Shown here piece after piece: positions 49,536-58,105 of a stretch of DNA of 64,000 bases. Under the pieces are notes generated by a model. That model made no database searches, had not been told where the DNA came from, and saw only the letters and a program-made list of their open reading frames with translations. The position numbers and the translations under genes were made by a program. Numbering within the stretch: position 1 is the first letter of the stretch; each line of letters opens with the position of its first letter. Source of the DNA: Candidatus Eiseniibacteriota bacterium. Lineage in GTDB: Bacteria; Eisenbacteria; RBG-16-71-46. Location: positions 800,001-864,000 of the forward strand of contig OY970178.1 of assembly GCA_963707915.1 (NCBI GenBank), given 5' to 3'.

Positions 49536-50191
49536 CAGAGGCTCGCGTAGAAGATCAGGCCGGCCGAGGCCTGCAGGTCGTGGTTCACGCCGTGGCCGAG
49601 GAAGACCGCGTGGTAGCGCGCCCCGAAGTCGAAGGCCATGCTGGTCCAGAAGAAGCGCTCGACGCCGACCCCGACGCTGAGGTACGTCCCGTCGCTCAGC
49701 GGGAACTCGTGCTCGCCGTCGTTCAGGCCGAACGTCGCGCGCGCGATCCCCCCGCCCACGCTCAGCATCTTCACCACCTTCGTGCGGGTGCCGAACATCT
49801 GGTAGACGTCCAGGCCGTAGAGGCCGAGGTGGACCCGCTGGTAGGCGAACTCGTCCTGCGGCTTCATGATCTTCCCGTCGAACAGGTCGACCTGGTCCCC
49901 CGGGCGCACGTCGAGGCCGTGGCTCTCGAACGACAGGCCGATGGCGCGTTCGTAGCGCATCCGGTAGCGGAGGCGCACCGCCATGCCCGGACCGCTGCCG
50001 AACTGGTCGCCCACGGTCCCGTTGTCGAGCAGCGTGCCGTAGAGGCCACTGAGGCCGACCCCGACCTGGCCGGGCCGGGGCAGCACCACCACCGACTTGG
50101 CGTGCGCCGTGCCGGCCGCGACGGCCCCCAGCGCCGCGCCGACGACGAGCACCACCGCGGCCATGGTCCGGATGTGAACGGTACTGCGCAT
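49535..50191 (-). CDS. Putative outer-membrane beta-barrel protein
   Basis: Signal peptide ending AHA, alternating amphipathic strands and aromatic C-terminal strand (AGLIFY). Confidence 0.65.
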   Translation of the reverse strand: MRSTVHIRTMAAVVLVVGAALGAVAAGTAHAKSVVVLPRPGQVGVGLSGLYGTLLDNGTVGDQFGSGPGMAVRLRYRMRYERAIGLSFESHGLDVRPGDQVDLFDGKIMKPQDEFAYQRVHLGLYGLDVYQMFGTRTKVVKMLSVGGGIARATFGLNDGEHEFPLSDGTYLSVGVGVERFFWTSMAFDFGARYHAVFLGHGVNHDLQASAGLIFYASL

Positions 50192-50219
50192 GCGAGACTC
50201 CTTCCTGAAGCGATGACCC

Positions 50220-51182
50220 TCAGGCTCGAGGGTGGAAGGTGCGGTGCACCTCCCGGAGATAGGCCCGGTCCAGATGAGTGTAGATCGCGGTCGTCGCCAC
50301 CGAGGCGTGGCCCAGCAGTTCCTGCACCACCCGCAGGTCGGCGCCGCCGACCAGCAGGTGGGTGGCGAACGAGTGCCGCAGCAGGTGCGGGTGGACGCGC
50401 CCGGCGATCCCCGCGGCGCGCGCGTGGTCCCGCAGGATCTTCCAGAATCCCATGCGCGAGAGCCCGCGTCCACGCGCGTTGGCGAAGACGAAATCGTGGC
50501 GCTCGCGCCGCACGAGGAGCGGACGCGCGCGCTCGAGGTACCCGCGGAGCTCGCGTTCGGCGGCGCGGCCGAAGGGCACCGAGCGCTGCTTGTCGCGCTT
50601 CCCGGTCACCGTGACGAGCCGGTTCGCGAGGTCGAGGTCGGCACGCTTCAGGCCGCACAGCTCCGAGACGCGCAGCCCGCTGCCGTAGGCCAGCTCGAGC
50701 ATCGCGCGGTCGCGCATCCGCAGCGGCTCGTCGCCCGCCGGCTGGGCCAGCAGCGTCGCCACCTCCTCGACCGACAGCGCGCGCGGCAGGCGGCGCTCGC
50801 CGCGGGGCGCGGGCAGGTCGTCCAGCGGTCCGGCCGCCTTCCCCGCGCCGCGCGCGAGCCAGGCGTGGAAGCCGCGCAGCGCCGAGCGCCGCCGCGCGAC
50901 GGTCGCGCCCGAGCGGCCCTGCTTCAGCAGCCGCGCGAAGTAGCCGTCCACGAACGTGGAGCTCACCTCGCCCCAGCCCGCGAGCCCGTGGTGGACCGCG
51001 AAGGCGCGGTAGTCGGTGAGGTCCCGGGCGTACGCGTTCACGGTGTTGTCGCTGAGCCGGCGCCCGGCGCGCAGCTCCTCCAGGAAGCCGTCGAGCGGGC
51101 CGTCCAGCGCCGGCAGCACGGCGGGCCGCGGACGCCTGGCGGGACGGCGGGCCACCGGCGGCGCCGCCAGCTTCGGACTCAT
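50220..51182 (-). CDS. xerD: Tyrosine recombinase XerD
   Basis: Motifs RDRAMLELAYGSGLRVSEL, SRMGFWKIL, HPHLLRHSFATHL, VQELLGH and TAIYTH. Confidence 0.9.
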   Translation of the reverse strand: MSPKLAAPPVARRPARRPRPAVLPALDGPLDGFLEELRAGRRLSDNTVNAYARDLTDYRAFAVHHGLAGWGEVSSTFVDGYFARLLKQGRSGATVARRRSALRGFHAWLARGAGKAAGPLDDLPAPRGERRLPRALSVEEVATLLAQPAGDEPLRMRDRAMLELAYGSGLRVSELCGLKRADLDLANRLVTVTGKRDKQRSVPFGRAAERELRGYLERARPLLVRRERHDFVFANARGRGLSRMGFWKILRDHARAAGIAGRVHPHLLRHSFATHLLVGGADLRVVQELLGHASVATTAIYTHLDRAYLREVHRTFHPRA

Positions 51183-53066
51183 GCCGGCCTCCCCCGCGAC
51201 CCGGCCGCCGCGCCGACGGCGGGCGCGCCGCGCGTCCCGGCAGGTCCCGTCGCCGGCCGGCCGCGCAGCCGCGCGGCCACGCGCTCCGCCAGCGCAGGCG
51301 GGACGTGCGCCTGCCGCGCGATCTCCTCCGGCCCCGCTCCGGCCAGCGCCGCGACCGAGCCGAAGGCCTTGAGCAACGCCGCCCGGCGTGCCGGCCCCAC
51401 GCCCGGCACGTCGTCCAGCGCGCTGGTGAGCCGGGCGCGCCCGCGGAGCTTGCGGTGGTAGGCGAGCCCGAAGCGGTGGGCCTCGTCGCGCAGCCGCTGG
51501 AGCGCGCGCAATGCGGGGCTGCGCCGCGGCAATGTCAGTGGCGCGCCCGACTCGCGCACCACGGTCTCCTCGCGCTTGGCGAGCCCGATCAGCGGCACCG
51601 GCCGGGTCGCCACCCGGTCGAGCGCGGCGCGCGCCGCGCGGACCTGGCCCTCGCCGCCGTCCACCATCACCAGGTCGGGTCGCGGCTCCTCCCCCGACTC
51701 GACCCGCGTCCAGTAGCGCTCGACCCCCTCGGCGATCATGGCGAAATCGTCGGGGCCCGGCCGGCGGACGCGCATGCGCCGGTAGAGCCCGGTGCGGGCC
51801 CGCCCGTTCTCCGACGCCACGACCGCGGCCACCGCGCCCTCGTCCCCGAGGTTCGAGATATCGAAGCACACCATCCGCCACGGCGGCTCGGCGAGCGCCA
51901 GCGCCTTCTGCAGCTCCAGCAGCTCGGGTGAGAAGCGCGCGCGCCGCCCGGCCGCGCGCGCCGCCCGGTCCTCGAGCGCGTGCGCCGCGTTGCGCTCCGC
52001 CGAGCGGAGCAGGGCGAGCGCGCGGCCGCGGTGCGGCACCCGCAAGTCGACCCGGTGGCCGGCGCGGGCGCCGACCGCCTCGAGCGTCACCTCCGCGTCG
52101 GCCGGAAGGACGGCCACGACGATCCGCGCCGGCACGGCCGCGCCCGCGAGGTAGTGCTGCGCCAGGAACTGCTGCAGGAGCTCCTCGTCCCCGAGGGTGT
52201 CCGCGCGGTCCAGCACGCGCGTCTCCTTGCCCACCACGCGCCCCCCGCGCAGCAGCAGCGCCGCGACCGCCGCGTGGCGGCCGTGGCGCGCGAGCCCCAG
52301 CACGTCGGTGTCGCGTCCGGTCGGGCTCACCACCCGCTGCGGCACGCGCGCCCGCTCGAGCAGTGGCGATCTGGTCGCGCAGCCGTGCGGCCTCCTCGTA
52401 GCGGCGGTCCCCGGAGGCATCTCCCATGCGCTCGCGCAGCGCGTGGAGCAACTCGACGTCGCGTCCGGTGAGGAAGAGCAGCAGCCCGTCGACGATGGCG
52501 CGATACGACTCCGGGGTCACGCCCGAACGCGTCGTGCACGGCCCCGCGCAGCGCCGGATGTGGTAGTAGAGGCAGGGCCGGTTCGCGCGGCGGTACTCCT
52601 CGAAGTTGCGGCAGGTCCGCACCGGGAAGATGCGCCGCACCTCGCGCAGCGTGCGGCGCAGGTGCTTGACATCGGTGTACGGTCCGAGATAGCGCGCCCC
52701 GTCGCCACGCACCTGGCGGGTGACCGACAGGCGCGGGTATTCCTCCTGCACGCTCAGCCGGACGTAGGGGAACGACTTGTCGTCCTTCAGGAGCACGTTG
52801 TAGTGCGGGCGGTGCTGCCGCACCAGGGTCGCTTCGAGCAGCAGGGCCTCGGCCTCGGTGTCGGTGAGGATGCTGTCCAGGTCCACCGCCTCGGCCATCA
52901 ACTCGCGCAGGCGGGGGTGCGAGTTCTCACCGTTGAGGTAGGAGCGGACCCGGGAGGACAGGCTCTTGGCCTTGCCGACGTACAGCACCCCGCCCTGGGG
53001 GTCCTTGAAGAGGTAAACCCCCGGCAGAGCGGGCAGATTCTTCACTTTGTCGCTCAGAGCGCTCAA
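51179..53066 (-). CDS. uvrC: Excinuclease ABC subunit C (+1 frameshift near 52364)
   Basis: GIY-YIG part (PGVYLF, YVGKAK, YEEAARLRD) is in one frame; FDISN, DGGEGQ, RLRDEAHRF and HhH are in the next. Confidence 0.93.
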
Positions 53067-53178
53067 AAGGCCTCCCCAGGGACCACGGAGGGTCGCTCGA
53101 AGAAGACACGGTACACCTGCCGCCGCCACCCTCAAAGCGCCTTCTTCGCTCCGACCGCCTCCGCCGGCCCGCCCCCGC

Positions 53179-53208
53179 TTGACACCCTCCGCACCCCGGC
53201 CGTAACGT
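53179..53208 (+). promoter_or_regulatory. Sigma70-type promoter for rpsT
   Basis: TTGACA-N18-TAACGT upstream of an AGGAGG SD. Confidence 0.55.
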
Positions 53209-53251
53209 ACTCGCCTCTTTTCCTTTGCAAGCCGTCCCCAAGGAGGAACGA

Positions 53252-53509
53252 ATGCCGCATCACAAGTCCGCGGCCAAGCGCGTCAAGACCAACGAGAAGG
53301 CCCGCGTGAGCAACATCGCGGTCAAGAGCCGCATGCGGTCCGCCGTCAAGGCCGTGCGCTCCGCCACGAAGAGGGCCGAGGCCGAGACCGCCCTGAAGGC
53401 GGCCATCTCGATCCTCGACCGCACCGCCGCCAAGGGCGTCATCAAGAAGGAGACGGCCAGCCGCCAGAAGTCGCGCCTGGCGTCGTTCGCGGCCAAGCTG
53501 CCGGCCTGA
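53252..53509 (+). CDS. rpsT: 30S ribosomal protein S20
   Basis: Motifs MPHHKSAAKR, KSRMRSAVK and KGVIKKETASRQKSRL. Confidence 0.96.
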   Translation: MPHHKSAAKRVKTNEKARVSNIAVKSRMRSAVKAVRSATKRAEAETALKAAISILDRTAAKGVIKKETASRQKSRLASFAAKLPA

Positions 53510-53642
53510 ACCCGGTGCGCCGGGGCCGCGGCAACGTGGCCAGCCACCGCACCGAGCTCTTCCTCCGGCCGCCGGCGTCACCCGCCAGGCGGCCGGTTCG
53601 TTCGACGCCGCGCCGCCCGCGGCGCCCCGCCGGGCGGGCCGC

Positions 53643-54422
53643 TCAGCCCGGTCCGCTCCCCGCGTCCAGCACGTCCTCGAGGGTGTAGAGCCCCGGAGCC
53701 GCGCCCGCCGCGAAGCGCGCGGCGGCCAGCGCCCCGTGCGCGAACGCCACGCGGTCCTGCGCGACGTGCCTCAGCTCGAGCCACTCCCCCTCGCCGGCCA
53801 GCAGGACCGCGTGGTCGCCGACCCAGGAGCCGCCGCGCACCGAGTGCACGCCGATCTCTCCCGCCGGGCGCGGGCCCGTCCGCCCCGGCCCACGGCCGAA
53901 ACGCGGGGCCCCGCCCTCCGCACCGCGGCACGCGGCCGCGTCCGCCGCGAGCGCGAGCGCCGTGCCCGAGGGGCTGTCCAGCTTGAGCCGATGGTGCCGC
54001 TCGACGATCTCGACGTCCCAGCCGGGCGGCAGCGCCGCCAGCGCCGTCCGGAGCGCGCGGCGCAACACGGTCACGCCGAGGCTGAAGTTGGCCCCGCGCA
54101 CCACCGCGACGCGCTGCGCGGCCGAGCGCACCGCCGCCTCCTGCGCGGGGTCGAGCCCGGTGGTGCCCGAGACCAGGGCCGCCCCGCGGCCCGCGCACAG
54201 CGCGGCCAGCCCCGCGCAGGCGGCCGAGTCGGTGAACTCGACCACCACGTCGCCGTCGCCGATCACCGCGGCGGCGTCGGCGCTCCATCCGGCCGCACCC
54301 GCGGGGTGGCCGGTCGCGAGGTCCACGCGCGCCTGGATGACGAAGCCCGAGCTTCCCGCCACCGCCTCCTCGACCGCGCGTCCCATGCGCCCGGCGGCCC
54401 CCGCCAGCACCAGCCGGATCAT
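53643..54422 (-). CDS. dapB: 4-hydroxy-tetrahydrodipicolinate reductase
   Basis: Motifs GAAGRMG, GTTG, ANFSLGV and ERHHRLKLDSPSGTA. Confidence 0.94.
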   Translation of the reverse strand: MIRLVLAGAAGRMGRAVEEAVAGSSGFVIQARVDLATGHPAGAAGWSADAAAVIGDGDVVVEFTDSAACAGLAALCAGRGAALVSGTTGLDPAQEAAVRSAAQRVAVVRGANFSLGVTVLRRALRTALAALPPGWDVEIVERHHRLKLDSPSGTALALAADAAACRGAEGGAPRFGRGPGRTGPRPAGEIGVHSVRGGSWVGDHAVLLAGEGEWLELRHVAQDRVAFAHGALAAARFAAGAAPGLYTLEDVLDAGSGPG

Positions 54423-55312
54423 GGCTGCCGCCCCTGCGCCGGGGCGAGCGGGACGCCGGCCGACCCCGCGGCCGCCAGGATCGCCGCCTCGCTCGCGGGC
54501 TCGACCGGTACGAGCGGCAGCCGCAGTTCGTTCGCGATCAGCCCCATGGCGGCCAGCAGGAACTTCACCGGGCCGGGGTTCGACTCGATGAACAACGCGC
54601 GGAACAGCGGCAGCAGCCGGCGGTGGATCGCCTCGGCCTCCCGCACCCGCCCGGCACGGGCGTGGTCGCACAGCGCCCGCATCTCGCGCGGCGCCGCGTT
54701 CCCGACCACCGAGACCACCCCGGCGGCCCCGACCGCGGCCATCGGCAGGGTGAGGGAGTCGTCGCCGCAGAGCAGGGTCAGGTCGGTCCGCGCGCGCACC
54801 TCGCTCGCCTGGTCGAGCGAGCCCGAGGCCTCCTTGACCGCCACGACGTTGGGCAGGCCCTGCAGCTGCGCCAGCGTGGCCGGCAGCGTGTTCGTCCCGG
54901 TCCGGCCGGGGACGTTGTAGAGCACGAGCGGGAGCCGCGTGCTGCGCGCCACCGCCGTGAAGTGCGCGACCTGGCCCCGCGGCGTGGGCTTGTTGTAGTA
55001 CGGGGTCACGATCATCGCCCCGTCGAGCCCGCACTCCTCGGCGACCCGGGTGAGCGCGATCGTATCGGCGGTCGAGTTGGTGCCGGTGCCCGCCACCACC
55101 GGGATCCGCCCGCGCACGCGTTCCTTGGCGAAGCGCCACAGCTCGCGGCGTTCCTCCACCGTGCAGGTCGCCGCTTCCCCCGTCGAGCCCGAGACCACCA
55201 GGCACTCGGCGCCGCCGTCGAGCAGGAAATCCAGGAGCCGCGCGGTCGCGTCCCGGTCCACCGCGCCGTCCCGGAACGGCGTCACCATCGCCACCGTGAG
55301 TCCTTCGAACAT
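54419..55312 (-). CDS. dapA: 4-hydroxy-tetrahydrodipicolinate synthase
   Basis: Motifs GSTGE, PYYNKP, YNVPGRTG, KEASG and ESNPGPVK. Confidence 0.96.
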   Translation of the reverse strand: MFEGLTVAMVTPFRDGAVDRDATARLLDFLLDGGAECLVVSGSTGEAATCTVEERRELWRFAKERVRGRIPVVAGTGTNSTADTIALTRVAEECGLDGAMIVTPYYNKPTPRGQVAHFTAVARSTRLPLVLYNVPGRTGTNTLPATLAQLQGLPNVVAVKEASGSLDQASEVRARTDLTLLCGDDSLTLPMAAVGAAGVVSVVGNAAPREMRALCDHARAGRVREAEAIHRRLLPLFRALFIESNPGPVKFLLAAMGLIANELRLPLVPVEPASEAAILAAAGSAGVPLAPAQGRQP

Positions 55313-55356
55313 GATGACCTCCGAAACCCGGCCGGCCGGCACGCCGCGGGCCGTCG

Positions 55357-56184
55357 CTAGGGCTGCTCCCACGTCCCGGTGAACGCCACCTCGGCGGGGC
55401 CGGTGAGCCACACGTCGTGCCCCTCCTCGACCACCTCGAACGATACCACCAGCACGTCGCCGCCCGCGGTGCGGACCTCGACCGGGGAACCCGCGCCCTC
55501 GCCCGCCGCCCACAATGCCGAGGCGATCGCCCCGCTGCCGCAGGCCAACGTCTCGGCCTCGACGCCCCGCTCGTAGGTGCGCATGGCGAGGCGGGCCGGG
55601 CCGCCGGCCGCGGCGGCCGTCCGCGCGACGAAGTCCACGTTGGTGCCCGCGGGGGCGAATCGAACGTGCCGCCGCAGCTCCGCGCCCCATTCCGCGACCG
55701 GTACCGGCGCCAGCTGCGCGACCTCGGTGACGAAATGGGGAACACCGACGACGAATCGTCGGCCCGTGAACGTCCGCGCGGCGGCCGCGATCGTCTCGGG
55801 CCCGCCGGGGGCGGCCACCCGACCGAAGTGCAGCTCGATCGCCCCGTCCGCCGTGCGCCGGGCGTCCTGCACGCCGGCCCCGCTGCGGAAGCGCACGACC
55901 CCGCCGCGGCCCAGCCCGCGTTCCAGCGCGAAGCGCGCCAGGCAGCGCGCGCCGTTGCCGCAGAACTCGGCCCGCCCGCCGTCCGCGTTGTGGTAGCGCA
56001 TCGCGAAATCCAGCTCCGGGTCGCGCTCGAGCAGGAGCGCGCCGTCCGCGCCCACGCCCCGCCGCCGATCGCACAGGCGGCGCAACAGCGGGTCGGCCGG
56101 TTCGGGCAGGAACGGCTCGCGGTGGTCGACGACCACGAAGTCGTTGCCCGCACCGTGCATCTTCACGAACGGGATCACGGTCAC
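55357..56184 (-). CDS. dapF: Diaminopimelate epimerase
   Basis: Motifs KMHGAGNDF, FCGNGARC and TYERGVEAETLACGSG. Confidence 0.95.
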   Translation of the reverse strand: MTVIPFVKMHGAGNDFVVVDHREPFLPEPADPLLRRLCDRRRGVGADGALLLERDPELDFAMRYHNADGGRAEFCGNGARCLARFALERGLGRGGVVRFRSGAGVQDARRTADGAIELHFGRVAAPGGPETIAAAARTFTGRRFVVGVPHFVTEVAQLAPVPVAEWGAELRRHVRFAPAGTNVDFVARTAAAAGGPARLAMRTYERGVEAETLACGSGAIASALWAAGEGAGSPVEVRTAGGDVLVVSFEVVEEGHDVWLTGPAEVAFTGTWEQP

Positions 56185-57221
56185 GGGCCGGCCACCCCCC
56201 AGCGCCGGAGCACCAGGCGCACGTCGGCGATCGCCTGCGCCGGCGCCAGCGCGTAGTGCTCCAGTTCGCTCGCCGGCTCGGCGTCCATGCGCCAGGCCCG
56301 GTTGCCGTCCGCGTCGCGCCACGCGCGCACCTGCCACTTCCCGGCCGCCAGCTTGAGGTCGAACGTCCCCCCCTCCCCGGCCTCCACCAGCACCCGTCGC
56401 GTGGTGTCCTCCTCGGCGACGGCGATCACGCGCAGCGTGCCGAGGGAGTCCCCGGTCGGGTCCGTCACGATCCCGCGCACGTGCGCCGGGGCCCGCGGGT
56501 CCGCGACGTCCAGCGCCAGGCCCCGTACGACCGGCTGGGCGACCGTCAGCTCGATGGTCGTGTCCGCCGGCGCGAGCACGTCGCGGTCGGGCTCGAACGA
56601 GCGGTTGCGGTTGAGGTCGGCGAAGGCCCACAGCCGGTAGCTCCCCGGGACCGGCAGGCCGGGGATGCGGAAGCGACCCTGCTCGTCGGCGAGCCCCAGG
56701 GCGTCGAAGTCGCTCGCCGTCGAGTCCGGCGCGCGGCCGGCGCTGTAGCACCACAGGTAGGTGCCCGCGACGTCGAAGCCGCGTGCCTCGATCTTCCCCT
56801 CCAGCACGCCGGGCGGGAAGCTGTCGGCGGTGCTGAAGACCACGGTGAAGCCCGAGGTCATCGAGTTCCCGTGCCGGTCGCGCGCGGACGGCCCCACGAA
56901 CAGCGTGTAGGTCTGGTTCGCGCGCATCGAGTCCTCCAGCACCAGCGTGAGCTCCCGGCCGCTCCAGCGCCGCTGGCGGATGCCCAGCCGCGGCGCGAGC
57001 GAGACGGCATCGCCCGTGGCGCGCGGCTCCATGCCCTCGCTGAACGTCACCGAGAGGCGCGCGTCCAGCGGCACGCGCGCCTGCCCGGAGTCCGGCGAGC
57101 AGGACACCACGGTCGGCGGCACCAGGTCCGGCGGGCCCCCCGAGGGCGCGCCCTTGCGCGCGCAGCCCGCCAGGACGAGCAGCAGCGCGGCGGCGCCCGC
57201 GGTGCGGACCGCGCGGATCAC
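56181..57221 (-). CDS. Lipoprotein with Ig-like (Big_5-type) domain
   Basis: Lipobox LAGC followed by A..PSGGPPD..PP, Ig-like strands and DLNRN/DADGN loops. Confidence 0.78.
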   Translation of the reverse strand: MIRAVRTAGAAALLLVLAGCARKGAPSGGPPDLVPPTVVSCSPDSGQARVPLDARLSVTFSEGMEPRATGDAVSLAPRLGIRQRRWSGRELTLVLEDSMRANQTYTLFVGPSARDRHGNSMTSGFTVVFSTADSFPPGVLEGKIEARGFDVAGTYLWCYSAGRAPDSTASDFDALGLADEQGRFRIPGLPVPGSYRLWAFADLNRNRSFEPDRDVLAPADTTIELTVAQPVVRGLALDVADPRAPAHVRGIVTDPTGDSLGTLRVIAVAEEDTTRRVLVEAGEGGTFDLKLAAGKWQVRAWRDADGNRAWRMDAEPASELEHYALAPAQAIADVRLVLRRWGVAGP

Positions 57222-58105
57222 CGCGCCCTCGGATGCGCCTGCTCGTAGGCCTGCAGGAGCCGGCTCCGCGAGACGTGCGTGTAGACCTGGGTCGTGGCCA
57301 GCGAGCGGTGTCCCAGCATCTCCTGGATCGCCCGCAGGTCGGCCCCCCGGTCCAGCATGTGGGTGGCGAACGAGTGGCGCAGCGCGTGCGGCGTCACCCC
57401 GAGCCCGCGCGCCACGTCCACCAGCCGGCGCCGCACGACGCGCTGCACCGTGCGGCCCGAGAGCCGCAGCCCCGATGGACCGGTGAAGACCGGCTCGTCG
57501 CCGCGCACCGACCGCGGCCGCGCGGCGAGGTACTCCTCGAGGGCGCGCAGCGCGCCGTCGCCCACCGGCACGATCCGCTCGCGCCGGCCCTTGCCCCGCA
57601 CGCGCACCAGCCCCGCGCCGCGGTCCACGTCGCCACGGTTGAGCCCCACCAGCTCCGACAGCCGCAGCCCCGAGGAATACGCCAGCTCCAGCAGGGCGCG
57701 ATCGCGCGGCGCCACCCGGTCGTCGGCCGCGGCCAGCCGGTCGAGCGCCTGCTCCAGGTCGACCGCCGGGAGCGTGCGCGGCAGCCGCTTCGGCCGGCGC
57801 GGGAAGGGGATCGCCCGCGCCGGGTCCAGCGCGATCACGCCGCGCCGCAGGCAGAAACGCGAGAAGCTGCGCCAGGCGGCCAGCGCGCGGGCCGCGCTCG
57901 AAGCCGAGTGGTGGGCGAGATGGAGCCCGTGCAGCGCGTGCTCGAGCAGCTCCCGCGTCCACCTGGCGGGCGGCACCGGGCCTCCCGCGCCGGCGGCGAG
58001 GTCCAGCACCCGCGCGACGTCGCGCCGGTACGCCGCCAGGGTGTGGGGAGAGGCGCGGCGCTGCGCGCCCAGCTCGCTCAGGAACGCTTCGAGCGCGTCA
58101 CGCAC
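57218..58105 (-). CDS. xerC: Tyrosine recombinase XerC
   Basis: Motifs SPHTLAAYRRD, YSSGLRLSEL, GKGRRERIVP, TPHALRHSFATH and TTQVYTH; directly downstream of topA. Confidence 0.9.
   Translation of the reverse strand: MRDALEAFLSELGAQRRASPHTLAAYRRDVARVLDLAAGAGGPVPPARWTRELLEHALHGLHLAHHSASSAARALAAWRSFSRFCLRRGVIALDPARAIPFPRRPKRLPRTLPAVDLEQALDRLAAADDRVAPRDRALLELAYSSGLRLSELVGLNRGDVDRGAGLVRVRGKGRRERIVPVGDGALRALEEYLAARPRSVRGDEPVFTGPSGLRLSGRTVQRVVRRRLVDVARGLGVTPHALRHSFATHMLDRGADLRAIQEMLGHRSLATTQVYTHVSRSRLLQAYEQAHPRAR

Noticed and set aside
50220..53135. Apparent UvrC-XerD fusion (971 aa)
   Set aside because: Produced by the +1 frameshift in uvrC. The intervening translation is junk while the true UvrC C-half lies in another frame.
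50220..58105. Two tyrosine recombinases as signs of a prophage or integrative element
   Set aside because: Both have XerC/XerD signatures and housekeeping neighbours. No phage, conjugation or att-flanked cargo is seen.
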